Source: a phage
Sequence record: PX880103.1
Strand: one strand, 5' to 3'
Length of the DNA: 64,000 bases
Positions 54,284-62,776 of this stretch are shown here, piece after piece; the first letter of the stretch is position 1, and each line of letters opens with the position of its first letter. The notes under the pieces were generated by a model, which saw nothing but the letters and a program-made list of their open reading frames with translations, ran no database searches and was not told the DNA's origin. The position numbers and the translations under genes are program-made.

Positions 54284-55206
54284 TTCAATACCTCAATAGC
54301 ATTACGTAAACCATTTGCTTTGGCGGTTAAAGCCTTGAGAACTTTAGTATGCTCTTCAATTTGTTTTTCAACTTCAACCAAACGAGCATTGAGATATTCG
54401 CGTTCTTCTTTCATAGTATCATTCCCATGATTGGATTTTGGCGTAGGTTTAAATTCACTAGGGTCCTTTAACTTAATAACAAATTTAGTTTCAAACAGTG
54501 AAAGACCATAATTCGTATTATCATCAAAGGATTTGACTACATCCATATCAGATAATAACACGCGCAAATTATAAGCCAAAGAACTAATAGTTTCATTGTG
54601 TTTATTAGCTTCGCGGGGTTTCATATACGGAAGATTTTTATATATCTCGTGCGGAGCGCAAATTATAATTGACAATTCAAATTGCCCATTCTGGGACGAT
54701 GGAGTGAATTTAGCTGTAACCCAGTCTTTTACATTCACATTAATAGTACGGTTATCACCATGACAAAACAGTCTACGAGAATGCTTAAAAAGCATATTCA
54801 CGTTATTATTGAATTCGTGTGAAAATTCACTAGCAAATTTTTCTTTACTATCTTTAGAAAACCATTCTTCTAAATAAGTTCTTTTCACGTCGTTAATAAT
54901 ATTAAATGTAACAACACTAGCATTTGATACATTAGTCTCAATGTAGCTTGGATACATAAATTTTTTAACATTATTAACAGCTATCACAGAAGATAGTAAT
55001 CGGGAACGTTTGAACCACTCGAGCAAAGAACCAAGAGAATGTGAATACGCATTTTGTGTATCTTTACAAATATGGTTTTCCCATCCAATATAGTCTAAAA
55101 AATCACGAAGAATATTATTGATTACTGCTCTGTGTCCTATCTGATAATTACGATGTTTAGTAATAAGACTGTCAAAATAATCAATATAATGTTTACGAGT
55201 TTTCAT
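54280..55206 (-). CDS. Paralogue family member A (308 aa), C-terminal coiled coil
   Basis: N-terminus MKTRKHY...; C-terminus [41 protein letters not shown]; see finding. Confidence 0.6.
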   Translation of the reverse strand: MKTRKHYIDYFDSLITKHRNYQIGHRAVINNILRDFLDYIGWENHICKDTQNAYSHSLGSLLEWFKRSRLLSSVIAVNNVKKFMYPSYIETNVSNASVVTFNIINDVKRTYLEEWFSKDSKEKFASEFSHEFNNNVNMLFKHSRRLFCHGDNRTINVNVKDWVTAKFTPSSQNGQFELSIIICAPHEIYKNLPYMKPREANKHNETISSLAYNLRVLLSDMDVVKSFDDNTNYGLSLFETKFVIKLKDPSEFKPTPKSNHGNDTMKEEREYLNARLVEVEKQIEEHTKVLKALTAKANGLRNAIEVLK

Positions 55207-55257
55207 GTTCTTCTCACTTGTTAATGATTTATACTCCGAGCCATCCTTGGCTTTAAA

Positions 55258-56259
55258 TTACTTAATTAACTGTAAAGCTTGTTCAAGACGATCCAAGCGA
55301 TTAACAGATTCTTCCCAAATCCTTTTAGCCTGCTCATATTCTTTCTGCGCTTTATTAGAAATTTCTAGAACTTCTTTATAAGCTTTTTCTAGTGCAATAA
55401 CTTCTGGACGAATTTCTACCGATTCAGGTGAATCGTCAAGACATTCCATTAGTTCCTCAAGGGTAGTTTCTTCTTTAGGAGTATTCACAATTTCATCACA
55501 TTTTTGTTGATAAATTTCTTTATCAGTAGGTGAGTACGCGCACTTTACTTCACGAAGACTAATTACAATTTTATATCCTTCCCAACCGCATATATTCTTA
55601 AAAGGATATGTATGAATATTTTCTACTGTTTCCATACAAAGTAATGCGGTCTCTAATTGACGAGTTATAGTGCTAGCAATTGAGAAAAATTTATTAATAT
55701 TCTTTTGGTTAGTTTCTGGTGTAAAAAATCCATAATTCACAAAAATAGCTACTTTATTTTTATCAAGCTCATATTCTTTTATGATAATCATATCAGAAGC
55801 CAAAGGATGAATTTGACGATAATCGCCATAACATAATTTAGAAGCTGATTTTAGAATTTGCTTCTTAAAAAGTCTGAAATTACTAATCCAACGACGAGTA
55901 AAAATATTCTCAGGGTCTTCTTTGACATTAAGATGATAAGAATTAACATCACCGAACCAATTATATCCTACTACATCTTTGGTTCGTTTAATTTCTTTCC
56001 CAAAATTACCAAGAATATCCCGATTAACCAAATATGAAAGAAGACGAGACTCTTTAAAGGTTTTCTTGATATTATCTTTATCTACACGGCTAGAAATTTT
56101 ACGAATTTCATGAATAAATTTAGCAGAAGAAACAATACCTGCATCAACACTATTGAGCCATTGATTGATAATAGAAAGAACGCTATTTTGGCCAAACATC
56201 GGTATAGCTTTATCATCAATAACGCTATTGAATGATTTGATATATTCGTTACGAGTCAT
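55258..56259 (-). CDS. Paralogue family member B (333 aa), C-terminal coiled coil
   Basis: ATG at 56259 with GAGGAG SD after the 56288-56317 promoter (track N-terminus is the promoter translated); contains FRLFKKQILKSASKL. Confidence 0.6.
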   Translation of the reverse strand: MTRNEYIKSFNSVIDDKAIPMFGQNSVLSIINQWLNSVDAGIVSSAKFIHEIRKISSRVDKDNIKKTFKESRLLSYLVNRDILGNFGKEIKRTKDVVGYNWFGDVNSYHLNVKEDPENIFTRRWISNFRLFKKQILKSASKLCYGDYRQIHPLASDMIIIKEYELDKNKVAIFVNYGFFTPETNQKNINKFFSIASTITRQLETALLCMETVENIHTYPFKNICGWEGYKIVISLREVKCAYSPTDKEIYQQKCDEIVNTPKEETTLEELMECLDDSPESVEIRPEVIALEKAYKEVLEISNKAQKEYEQAKRIWEESVNRLDRLEQALQLIK

Positions 56260-56287
56260 AATAATCTCCTCAGTAGAAAGTAAGAAC

Positions 56288-56317
56288 ATTATACCACATC
56301 CTTGTGGCAAAGTAAAC
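56288..56317 (-). promoter_or_regulatory. Early promoter (GTTTAC-N18-TATAAT) for paralogue B
   Basis: Minus strand GTTTACtttgccacaaggatgtggTATAAT; nearly identical to the rIIA.1 promoter. Confidence 0.65.
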
Positions 56318-57336
56318 TAGTTCAGTGCATTTAGTGCATTGTTCAGTTTAGAACGTTGCTTTGTCAGATTTTGAACCCTTGACTGAGCTTGTTCTAACAC
56401 CTTTTCAGCTTCTAGCACTTCATTGGTCGCTTTAATGAGTTCAGCATCTACTGCCTTAAGAGACTTCTCAATCGCGTCAGCGTGCCATTTTTCTACAGGT
56501 TTAAAATTTGAATTTTCAGTAGGAAGAAAACTCACTTTATTAAGTTTACATGCATCTATATTGCTTGAGCTATACATCCAAAATTTAGGATCGTTTGATG
56601 AGTAATTGGATAAATTTAAGATATCTTGCACTTCCTGCTTTTTCTCTCGCGGGACTTCGTCCTTTCTCAAAAAATCGTATTTAAATGAAACGATCATATC
56701 AAGTTCATATGTTGTTGTGTCTAATTTAAATCGCTCAAAACGAGGTAAAATCTTAGACTGAACAGCGGCAACAACATCCATATACTTAAATGCTTCTGTC
56801 AACTGCGATTTAAGGCATTCGCAAATTGAAAGAGAATTTTTTGTATTAGGTTTAAAGCTAATTCGTGCAGTTCTGTTATTTTCTTTTAATGGTCTTACTT
56901 CCATCTGAAGAGTATAACCATCAAATTTCAGATTCTTTAAGTTAATATCAGAACCTTTTAATCGACTAGCCGTCGACAAAATTTGCTTTAATTGTTTACG
57001 GAATAGAGCAATAAATCTCCATTCAATACGATAATGATTTGGATTGAAAAATCCAGATGATAAATCGACCTTACTCTGACCAACACCTTGAACAAATAGA
57101 GGATTTTTATAATCAATAGTTTTACAGAAATCAACGAGCTGCTCACGAGCCGTCATTTGTGTAATATACCCTGCTTCGTTAAAATGACGTAACCATTCAC
57201 TGCTATTCATATACTTAAAGTGAATGGAACTATTAACTCTATCAGGGTCTAAATTATTTTCACACAAAAATGTCATAACATCACGAGTATAACTGGCATT
57301 ACGAACCATATCTTCAATTTGAGAACGAGTTTTCAT
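56317..57336 (-). CDS. Paralogue family member C (339 aa), C-terminal coiled coil
   Basis: N-terminus MKTRSQ...; contains FRKQLKQILSTASRLKG; C-terminus LEAEKVLEQAQSRVQNLTKQRSKLNNALNALN. Confidence 0.6.
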   Translation of the reverse strand: MKTRSQIEDMVRNASYTRDVMTFLCENNLDPDRVNSSIHFKYMNSSEWLRHFNEAGYITQMTAREQLVDFCKTIDYKNPLFVQGVGQSKVDLSSGFFNPNHYRIEWRFIALFRKQLKQILSTASRLKGSDINLKNLKFDGYTLQMEVRPLKENNRTARISFKPNTKNSLSICECLKSQLTEAFKYMDVVAAVQSKILPRFERFKLDTTTYELDMIVSFKYDFLRKDEVPREKKQEVQDILNLSNYSSNDPKFWMYSSSNIDACKLNKVSFLPTENSNFKPVEKWHADAIEKSLKAVDAELIKATNEVLEAEKVLEQAQSRVQNLTKQRSKLNNALNALN

Positions 57337-57344
57337 GGTGTTCC

Positions 57345-58259
57345 TTAAGATTTAAGTAAATCAACAATTTTAATTAACTTTTCACGCTCAGATTTAGCTT
57401 TACTACTCAGTCCAGATAGTCTGAAAATTTCATCATCATATTGCTGAATAGAAATATTCAGCTCTTCAATCTGCTTATTAAAATAATCAATTTGTTCAGA
57501 ATGTTTTTCGTTACTACGAAATGGTACAGGTTTTGTAGGCAATTTAGTTAAACTGGATTCATCCGGGCGATAAATTAAAATACAATTTGAACCAATCGGG
57601 CATTTTGCCCCAGATGAATATTCTAATGTTCCAGCTTCTTTTAAAATTTCAAAAGCTAAACAGAGATGATGCCCCATATTAACATAATCTGTAGAGTGAG
57701 CTCTGACGTAATAATCATCTCCACGAGTGCTAAATTTAAAGCATTTAAGGTCTTCTGTATTATTGGTCTTAAAAATCATTTGTTTATCTAGACCTTTAGC
57801 TAATCGAGCGCCTAATGCTAATAATCGTCGTTGATTTTCCCACAAATCCGCAATCATTTGATCGAATGATAATTTCGGCATTAGTCGACCATAAAGGTCA
57901 TATCCTTTATTATAATTGCGAAGGATTTCACTCGCATTAATACGAGACAACGCTCCAATTTTATTAAGGGCTTTCATGATGCGATTAGATAAACTCATTC
58001 CAGACCCATTTGTTCGCTGTAAATGTTTTTCTAATCCAAATCCAATATCAACTTTAAATTTATCTAAAATTTTGGCATGAACATCTCTGTCAATAACATT
58101 CAAATCCAAAGTTGGGTTAAATCTATGAAAAAATTTATCTGGCTCTCCACGACGAAGTACAGTCCATTCATTCATCATTTTTTTATTAACTAAGGATTTA
58201 ATTACTGCATTGACATTATTAATTACTACTGACATATTTTCCTCACTCAATTTTACCAA
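57345..58259 (-). CDS. Paralogue family member D (304 aa), C-terminal coiled coil
   Basis: Contains LALGARLAKGLDKQ; C-terminus QIEELNISIQQYDDEIFRLSGLSSKAKSEREKLIKIVDLLKS. Confidence 0.6.
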   Translation of the reverse strand: MVKLSEENMSVVINNVNAVIKSLVNKKMMNEWTVLRRGEPDKFFHRFNPTLDLNVIDRDVHAKILDKFKVDIGFGLEKHLQRTNGSGMSLSNRIMKALNKIGALSRINASEILRNYNKGYDLYGRLMPKLSFDQMIADLWENQRRLLALGARLAKGLDKQMIFKTNNTEDLKCFKFSTRGDDYYVRAHSTDYVNMGHHLCLAFEILKEAGTLEYSSGAKCPIGSNCILIYRPDESSLTKLPTKPVPFRSNEKHSEQIDYFNKQIEELNISIQQYDDEIFRLSGLSSKAKSEREKLIKIVDLLKS

Positions 58260-58644
58260 TTACGCGGAATAAGATTGAACAAACTATATAAGTACCACAT
58301 ATAGATTGAACTAATGCCATTCCAAAGAACCAAACAATATTATCAAACCATGTCTGTTTTACGTCGAAAGGACGTAAACTTACAGTAATATTATCGCCTT
58401 TTTCTATTGAAGAATACATCTCCGGTGAAATATATTCGCTAAATCTATAACCGTCTTTGAGTTCATATACAGCAATAAACGATAAACTAGACCCCTTTCC
58501 TTGAGTTCCTGTAAGGGTATTAACTACAGTAACATCATAATCTTTATAATGCATATAATCATTAATAGCATAATAACCATATGCAACTACTATACATAAA
58601 CAACATATCAATAAATTCAATCTTTTAATTATCAACTGTTTCAT
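58243..58644 (-). CDS. Membrane protein (133 aa)
   Basis: N-terminal TM LLICCLCIVVAYGYYAI and C-terminal TM VWFFGMALVQSICGTYIVCSILF. Confidence 0.5.
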   Translation of the reverse strand: MKQLIIKRLNLLICCLCIVVAYGYYAINDYMHYKDYDVTVVNTLTGTQGKGSSLSFIAVYELKDGYRFSEYISPEMYSSIEKGDNITVSLRPFDVKQTWFDNIVWFFGMALVQSICGTYIVCSILFRVIGKIE

Positions 58645-58699
58645 AATAATCTCAATTAAAAGGGCTTAGAACCATTATACCATCCTTGGTATAAAGCGG

Positions 58700-59227
58700 T
58701 TATGCGAGTACCGTCTTTAACCGTTCTTCAAACTTCCGAAGAGTATTCTGGCGTTCAGCTCTTTGCTTTTTGTAAGTTTCAATACGCTCTGAAATGAGAG
58801 TGTATCGTTCATTTACTGATTCTTTCATAAAATCAGGAATTTCACGAGAAGCTTTAATCTCATCAAATTTATCAATAACAGCTTGCTCTTCAGCAATTAA
58901 GTTATCATACATCAAAATATCTTTCTTGATGAACTCAATATCTTCTTGAGTTACACGAGATAATTTAGATGCTTTATCCTTTTTGTACTGTTCGTTAGTA
59001 TCACGAGACCAGTGTAATGTACGATTTTTATTCGTATTCTTGTAAATTTCTACAATACCAATCTCATCAATAATAACGATCCAATTCCAACGGGATTTGT
59101 AAATTTGTCCTCCATCAACCGTGATTTCACCTCCGATTGAGATGTCATTAAAGAACTTGCTTTGTGCTTCTGATTTAAATTTACCATCGTTGTAATTTAC
59201 CAGGTTGAAAATATCTTTAGCGTTCAT
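58700..59227 (-). CDS. Hypothetical protein (175 aa)
   Basis: ATG at 59227 after leader GGAGGAACACAAA (MNAKDIFNLV...); the track N-terminus is the translated cassette. Confidence 0.55.
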   Translation of the reverse strand: MNAKDIFNLVNYNDGKFKSEAQSKFFNDISIGGEITVDGGQIYKSRWNWIVIIDEIGIVEIYKNTNKNRTLHWSRDTNEQYKKDKASKLSRVTQEDIEFIKKDILMYDNLIAEEQAVIDKFDEIKASREIPDFMKESVNERYTLISERIETYKKQRAERQNTLRKFEERLKTVLA

Positions 59228-59255
59228 TTTGTGTTCCTCCGTAGTTGATAGTTGT

Positions 59256-59285
59256 ATAGTACCACAGAGGAACGGTCTTGTAAAC
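59256..59285 (-). promoter_or_regulatory. Early promoter cassette (GTTTAC-N18-TACTAT plus conserved leader)
   Basis: Minus-strand GTTTAC at 59280-59285 and TACTAT at 59256-59261. Confidence 0.65.
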
Positions 59286-59287
59286 AA

Positions 59288-59602
59288 CTAAAAGAAACTT
59301 CTTTCACAATTTTTTCCACTGAACCACGCGCTCACTGCTTTCTTAGTCTCAGGAGCAGTGTTATCCATAAACCATTCAAAAGCAGCCTTTTTATGATTCT
59401 GGAGGGCTTCTCGGGCTTTAATCTGCTCACGGTCTATTAACACTAACATATGAGCCTTTCTTGTCACCAGGGGCTTCTTATGATTTTTTGAATACTCCCA
59501 ATCATTTGTCCATCGCATCGTTGTTGCGAATTGAAGTACAGCTTCTTTAATCTTAGTTTCGTAAATTTCACGAGCCTTTGAGTATAACATCATTACCTCC
59601 AT
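59288..59602 (-). CDS. Hypothetical protein (104 aa)
   Basis: ORF track; its 3' end runs into the promoter cassette. Confidence 0.45.
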   Translation of the reverse strand: MEVMMLYSKAREIYETKIKEAVLQFATTMRWTNDWEYSKNHKKPLVTRKAHMLVLIDREQIKAREALQNHKKAAFEWFMDNTAPETKKAVSAWFSGKNCERSFF

Positions 59603-59691
59603 TTACCAGTTTAATTTTAGTCATCTTTTTGATGGCAGTCCATATAATCTATTTCTGAACTGCCTTTTTGTCATAGAAGTCCTCTTATGAA

Positions 59692-60660
59692 TTATTTCAG
59701 AAGAGTAACCTCAGCAATTTCTTCCCAACCGTTTTTGTCGGTCATAATAAAGTCAGCAAGATAAAGAGCGGTACGCAGTGAAACATTGCGTAAACGGTTA
59801 ACATTGACTTTCATCCATGATAATGCTTTATAAGTTTCTTCATCAGAAAGACCGCGCTTTTGCATCATGTCGGTTGAAAGAATAACATCTTCAACCCTGA
59901 CCATAATTTCTTCATTAGTGTGAACACCCAAATCTAAATAAACTGAGCGGGACACTAATGCTTGTAAATGTGGAGCAAGTTTAGTACCACGGTCTAATTC
60001 GCGGTCAATATCAACGTTTGTGATAAAAACAATTGTTCCTTTAAATTCAAACTCACGATCAATGCCTTTTTCTTCTAAGTAAGAAGATGCAGTGCTCCAG
60101 CAGACTTTACGGGTCTCTCCAGTGTCCAGAGCAGCTTTCAGAAGATTAAGAATGTCCATATCAGAAAAAACATCCACATCATCAATCAAAAGGACAGAAT
60201 TCTCTTCACGATTATTCCAAAGCTGCTCATAAAGACCGATACCAGAGATTTTACCATTAATGCTTTTATACTCAATGTATCCAATATCATTTGCTTTATT
60301 CAAAGCTTTATCTAAAGAATACGTTTTACCAATACCCGCCGCACCAGAGATAATTAATGAACGAATATTTCCGTTAATAATACCATTCGTCATCATTCCC
60401 ATAACATTAAATCTTTTATTAATGCGGGTTTTCATATCTTCATATGATTCTTTAACTTCTTCAACTTTTACACCATCATATGAAATGTCTGATTTATAAA
60501 CCCAAACACCGCGACGTTTACCATCAATTTCAACAAAAACTTTACCGTCTCCTTGTGCATCTACCGGAGCATTATCTGGGAACCATTCGCCTAAGAGTTC
60601 AAAGGTTCCAGAGATTTCTTTACCGAAGTAGATACCCTTATTGATAGTTACAGTTTTCAT
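59692..60660 (-). CDS. P-loop ATPase (322 aa; Walker A GAAGIGKT, Walker B LLIDDVD)
   Basis: ATG at 60660 after leader GGAGAATAAA (MKTVTINKG...); the track N-terminus is the translated cassette. Confidence 0.6.
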   Translation of the reverse strand: MKTVTINKGIYFGKEISGTFELLGEWFPDNAPVDAQGDGKVFVEIDGKRRGVWVYKSDISYDGVKVEEVKESYEDMKTRINKRFNVMGMMTNGIINGNIRSLIISGAAGIGKTYSLDKALNKANDIGYIEYKSINGKISGIGLYEQLWNNREENSVLLIDDVDVFSDMDILNLLKAALDTGETRKVCWSTASSYLEEKGIDREFEFKGTIVFITNVDIDRELDRGTKLAPHLQALVSRSVYLDLGVHTNEEIMVRVEDVILSTDMMQKRGLSDEETYKALSWMKVNVNRLRNVSLRTALYLADFIMTDKNGWEEIAEVTLLK

Positions 60661-60694
60661 TTTATTCTCCAAATCCGTATCAGTTGATAGTTGT

Positions 60695-60724
60695 ATAGTA
60701 CCATAAAGCTTTATGCTTGTAAAC
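60695..60724 (-). promoter_or_regulatory. Early promoter cassette (GTTTAC-N18-TACTAT plus conserved leader) for the ATPase gene
   Basis: Minus-strand GTTTAC at 60719-60724 and TACTAT at 60695-60700. Confidence 0.65.
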
Positions 60725-60754
60725 AACTTTGTGAAAAATTTTTGAAATAAAAAA

Positions 60755-60772
60755 GGGAGCCCGAAGGCTCCC
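60755..60772 (-). terminator. Hairpin plus T-run after the nucleotidyltransferase gene
   Basis: gggagcc-cgaa-ggctccc followed on the minus strand by TTTTTTATTT. Confidence 0.65.
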
Positions 60773-60774
60773 TA

Positions 60775-61788
60775 TCATTTATAATAACTTCGATGGTTTT
60801 CAAGATAGACCTTCTCAAGGAAGTCATCCCAGAAACTCATGTCTACTTTTTGCTGCATACCGTTCTTAGAAGCTTCAGTAGATGCTGCTTCTACTTGATC
60901 GACCACATCTTCCAAAAACTCTTGAACCGTTTTAAATGGATGTTTACCCAACTTCACGTCGAGAATAAATGGAGCATCTTGGAGTGGATAAATCAAGTCG
61001 CCAGTTTTGTAAATTTCCAATAGTTGGAGTCCACCACGACAAGCATGGCTCAGAGCTTTCCAGTCAATACCTTCGTTGGCTTCGGCCTTACGAGCACGTT
61101 CACCATATTCAGCATCTAATTTGTTCAGTGACTGCTTAAGCTCAATAAGAGAAAGCGTTGTCTGATATTTACGACCCAACACAGTGTAGAACGTTTGTGG
61201 GCCTGTTTTCTCATGATTATGGAACACCCATTCACAGAATTCGTTTTCTGGAAGACGATGCTTAATATCTTCAACTTTAGTGCGACGCTGCTTAATAGAA
61301 CCATCTTCTTGGTAATCAACCCATTGCTCAGGGATTTGATTAACTACTTTCAATACATCACGTAATGCAGCCAAACGAGAACCCTTGACACCGTATTTAG
61401 AAGCTTGCTTGCGGACATATCCTAAATATGATTTCATGTTAGTCGTATAAAAACGAGAACGGTTGTCTTGAATAAACTTCCACACATCAGGCAAATCAGA
61501 TTTAACCACTAGTTCAGGTGGAGTGTGAAGCATATCTAATGCTACGGTTTCACCATCTGCTGCTAATTTAAAGAAATATTTAAGACTGTATAGTTCATGG
61601 TCAATATCATCTTTAGTGTTTTTAGATGATGTGTTGTTAGTGTTTTTACTCATGTGCTCTTTGACATTTCCGATAAGAATATCACGAGCAGGAGGAACAA
61701 AAATTTCTTTAAAATCTACATCAGATTCTGGGGTAGAAGTTCCATAAAGATGACTACCAAAATAGCTTTTCATTACTGTTTTCATCAT
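60775..61788 (-). CDS. Nucleotidyltransferase-fold protein (337 aa)
   Basis: N-terminal FGSHLYGTSTPESDVDF fits the GS-x(9-13)-DxD signature of the Pol-beta nucleotidyltransferase superfamily. Confidence 0.55.
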   Translation of the reverse strand: MMKTVMKSYFGSHLYGTSTPESDVDFKEIFVPPARDILIGNVKEHMSKNTNNTSSKNTKDDIDHELYSLKYFFKLAADGETVALDMLHTPPELVVKSDLPDVWKFIQDNRSRFYTTNMKSYLGYVRKQASKYGVKGSRLAALRDVLKVVNQIPEQWVDYQEDGSIKQRRTKVEDIKHRLPENEFCEWVFHNHEKTGPQTFYTVLGRKYQTTLSLIELKQSLNKLDAEYGERARKAEANEGIDWKALSHACRGGLQLLEIYKTGDLIYPLQDAPFILDVKLGKHPFKTVQEFLEDVVDQVEAASTEASKNGMQQKVDMSFWDDFLEKVYLENHRSYYK

Positions 61789-62246
61789 TCAGCCTTATAT
61801 TCAATAACAGGACATACTTTAGCTTTACGAGCTTTTAAAAATTCGACGATAATCGATTTCTTGGGTTGAATAGGAGGTAAACCTTTATACGCTCTATCAA
61901 TATTTTCTACGTGTAAAGCATAATCCTTTTTCCATTTATAATCTTTATATTTTTCATGCAAATGTGCAGGAATAACAAATGAACCGATAATAAGTAAAAC
62001 AACCAAAAGCGCAAGTATAAATGCCGATGGAAGAAGAGTCCATAAACTACCGAAAATAAGCCAACGTTGTAGGCTTTCTGCACAAATAATTGTTAGCCCT
62101 ACGAGTATAGCACATCCAAAAATAGAAACGAAAAATGTAGGAATGGCAATAGACCAAAAATATGCGCATAGTGTCTTAGGTCGTTGCCATTCATCGTTAA
62201 ACAATTTGAATAATTTATAATGCCAAGAGTTTTCATTAATAATCAT
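61785..62246 (-). CDS. Membrane protein (153 aa)
   Basis: At least three hydrophobic helices. Confidence 0.5.
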   Translation of the reverse strand: MIINENSWHYKLFKLFNDEWQRPKTLCAYFWSIAIPTFFVSIFGCAILVGLTIICAESLQRWLIFGSLWTLLPSAFILALLVVLLIIGSFVIPAHLHEKYKDYKWKKDYALHVENIDRAYKGLPPIQPKKSIIVEFLKARKAKVCPVIEYKAE

Positions 62247-62248
62247 AA

Positions 62249-62770
62249 TTATCCTTTCATTGAAGGCGTAACGGTTGTTAAATACTTAATCATAGCTTCA
62301 GCTTCTGATTTTGATAATGAAATTTCTCCATTGTTTTGACGAATAGAAATAAAATCCGGATGACGGTCACCACCAGCTTTTAAAACACACATATAAGTAT
62401 CAGTTTCACCTTCAATATTTGAAATGATTGAAGCAGTTCCACATGAATGCGGTTTTTGATAAATCAATGCAGCTTTTCTTCCGCCATTTGACTGCTCATA
62501 GGCTTTTAATACATCAAGCAAATCAGTTCTTTTATCAATAGCTAAAATGTTATTTTCATCTTCAATGTTAAATCCTTCGGATACTTCATAAAGTGTTACC
62601 CATAAATCACTAATGTCAATAACAGCATTTACTTTTCCACGGCTTTCAAGAGTATGACAAATTTTCTTGATTTCGTCATAACTCATTTTAATAATATCAT
62701 CTCCTTGACTAAGGAAGATGTCATTTTTAAATTCAACACGAATTAAACCGCTTCCACTTGAAATAAACAT
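62249..62770 (-). CDS. Hypothetical protein (173 aa), paralogue of 62777..63322
   Basis: Shared motifs EGFNIEDE / PGFNIESE and C-terminus EAEAMIKYLTTVTPSMKG / DEAIALKTYLDSVIPTMISK. Confidence 0.5.
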   Translation of the reverse strand: MFISSGSGLIRVEFKNDIFLSQGDDIIKMSYDEIKKICHTLESRGKVNAVIDISDLWVTLYEVSEGFNIEDENNILAIDKRTDLLDVLKAYEQSNGGRKAALIYQKPHSCGTASIISNIEGETDTYMCVLKAGGDRHPDFISIRQNNGEISLSKSEAEAMIKYLTTVTPSMKG

Positions 62771-62776
62771 ATTTCC

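Noticed and set aside
6846-60726. Long N-terminal extensions of track ORFs 6846..7094, 58700..59287, 59692..60726, 55258..56310, 16193..16732 and 33511..33903
   Set aside because: The extensions are in-frame translations of the conserved promoter/leader cassette (giving near-identical peptides such as ...GTIQLSTTEE.KM); true starts are the ATGs behind the GGAG or GAGGA Shine-Dalgarno, and several track starts are TTG/GTG.
11105-61869. Remaining plus-strand or internal track ORFs (e.g. 11105..11353, 12353..13216, 13323..13733, 14291..14569, 15191..15806, 17250..17504, 18882..19251, 22596..22993, 24203..24754, 26253..26628, 28676..28941, 30719..31484, 31592..32379, 34368..35666, 38548..39219, 39869..40160, 40795..41598, 43767..43991, 46690..46887, 48954..49250, 49823..51328, 53373..54235, 56423..56605, 59252..60499, 60793..61869, plus minus-strand 8518..8736, 23421..23630, 31815..32015, 34091..34276, 35297..35488, 41369..41632, 61125..61319)
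   Set aside because: All overlap longer ORFs with recognisable products, strong synteny or proper translation signals; none has an independent Shine-Dalgarno and ATG in sensible context.
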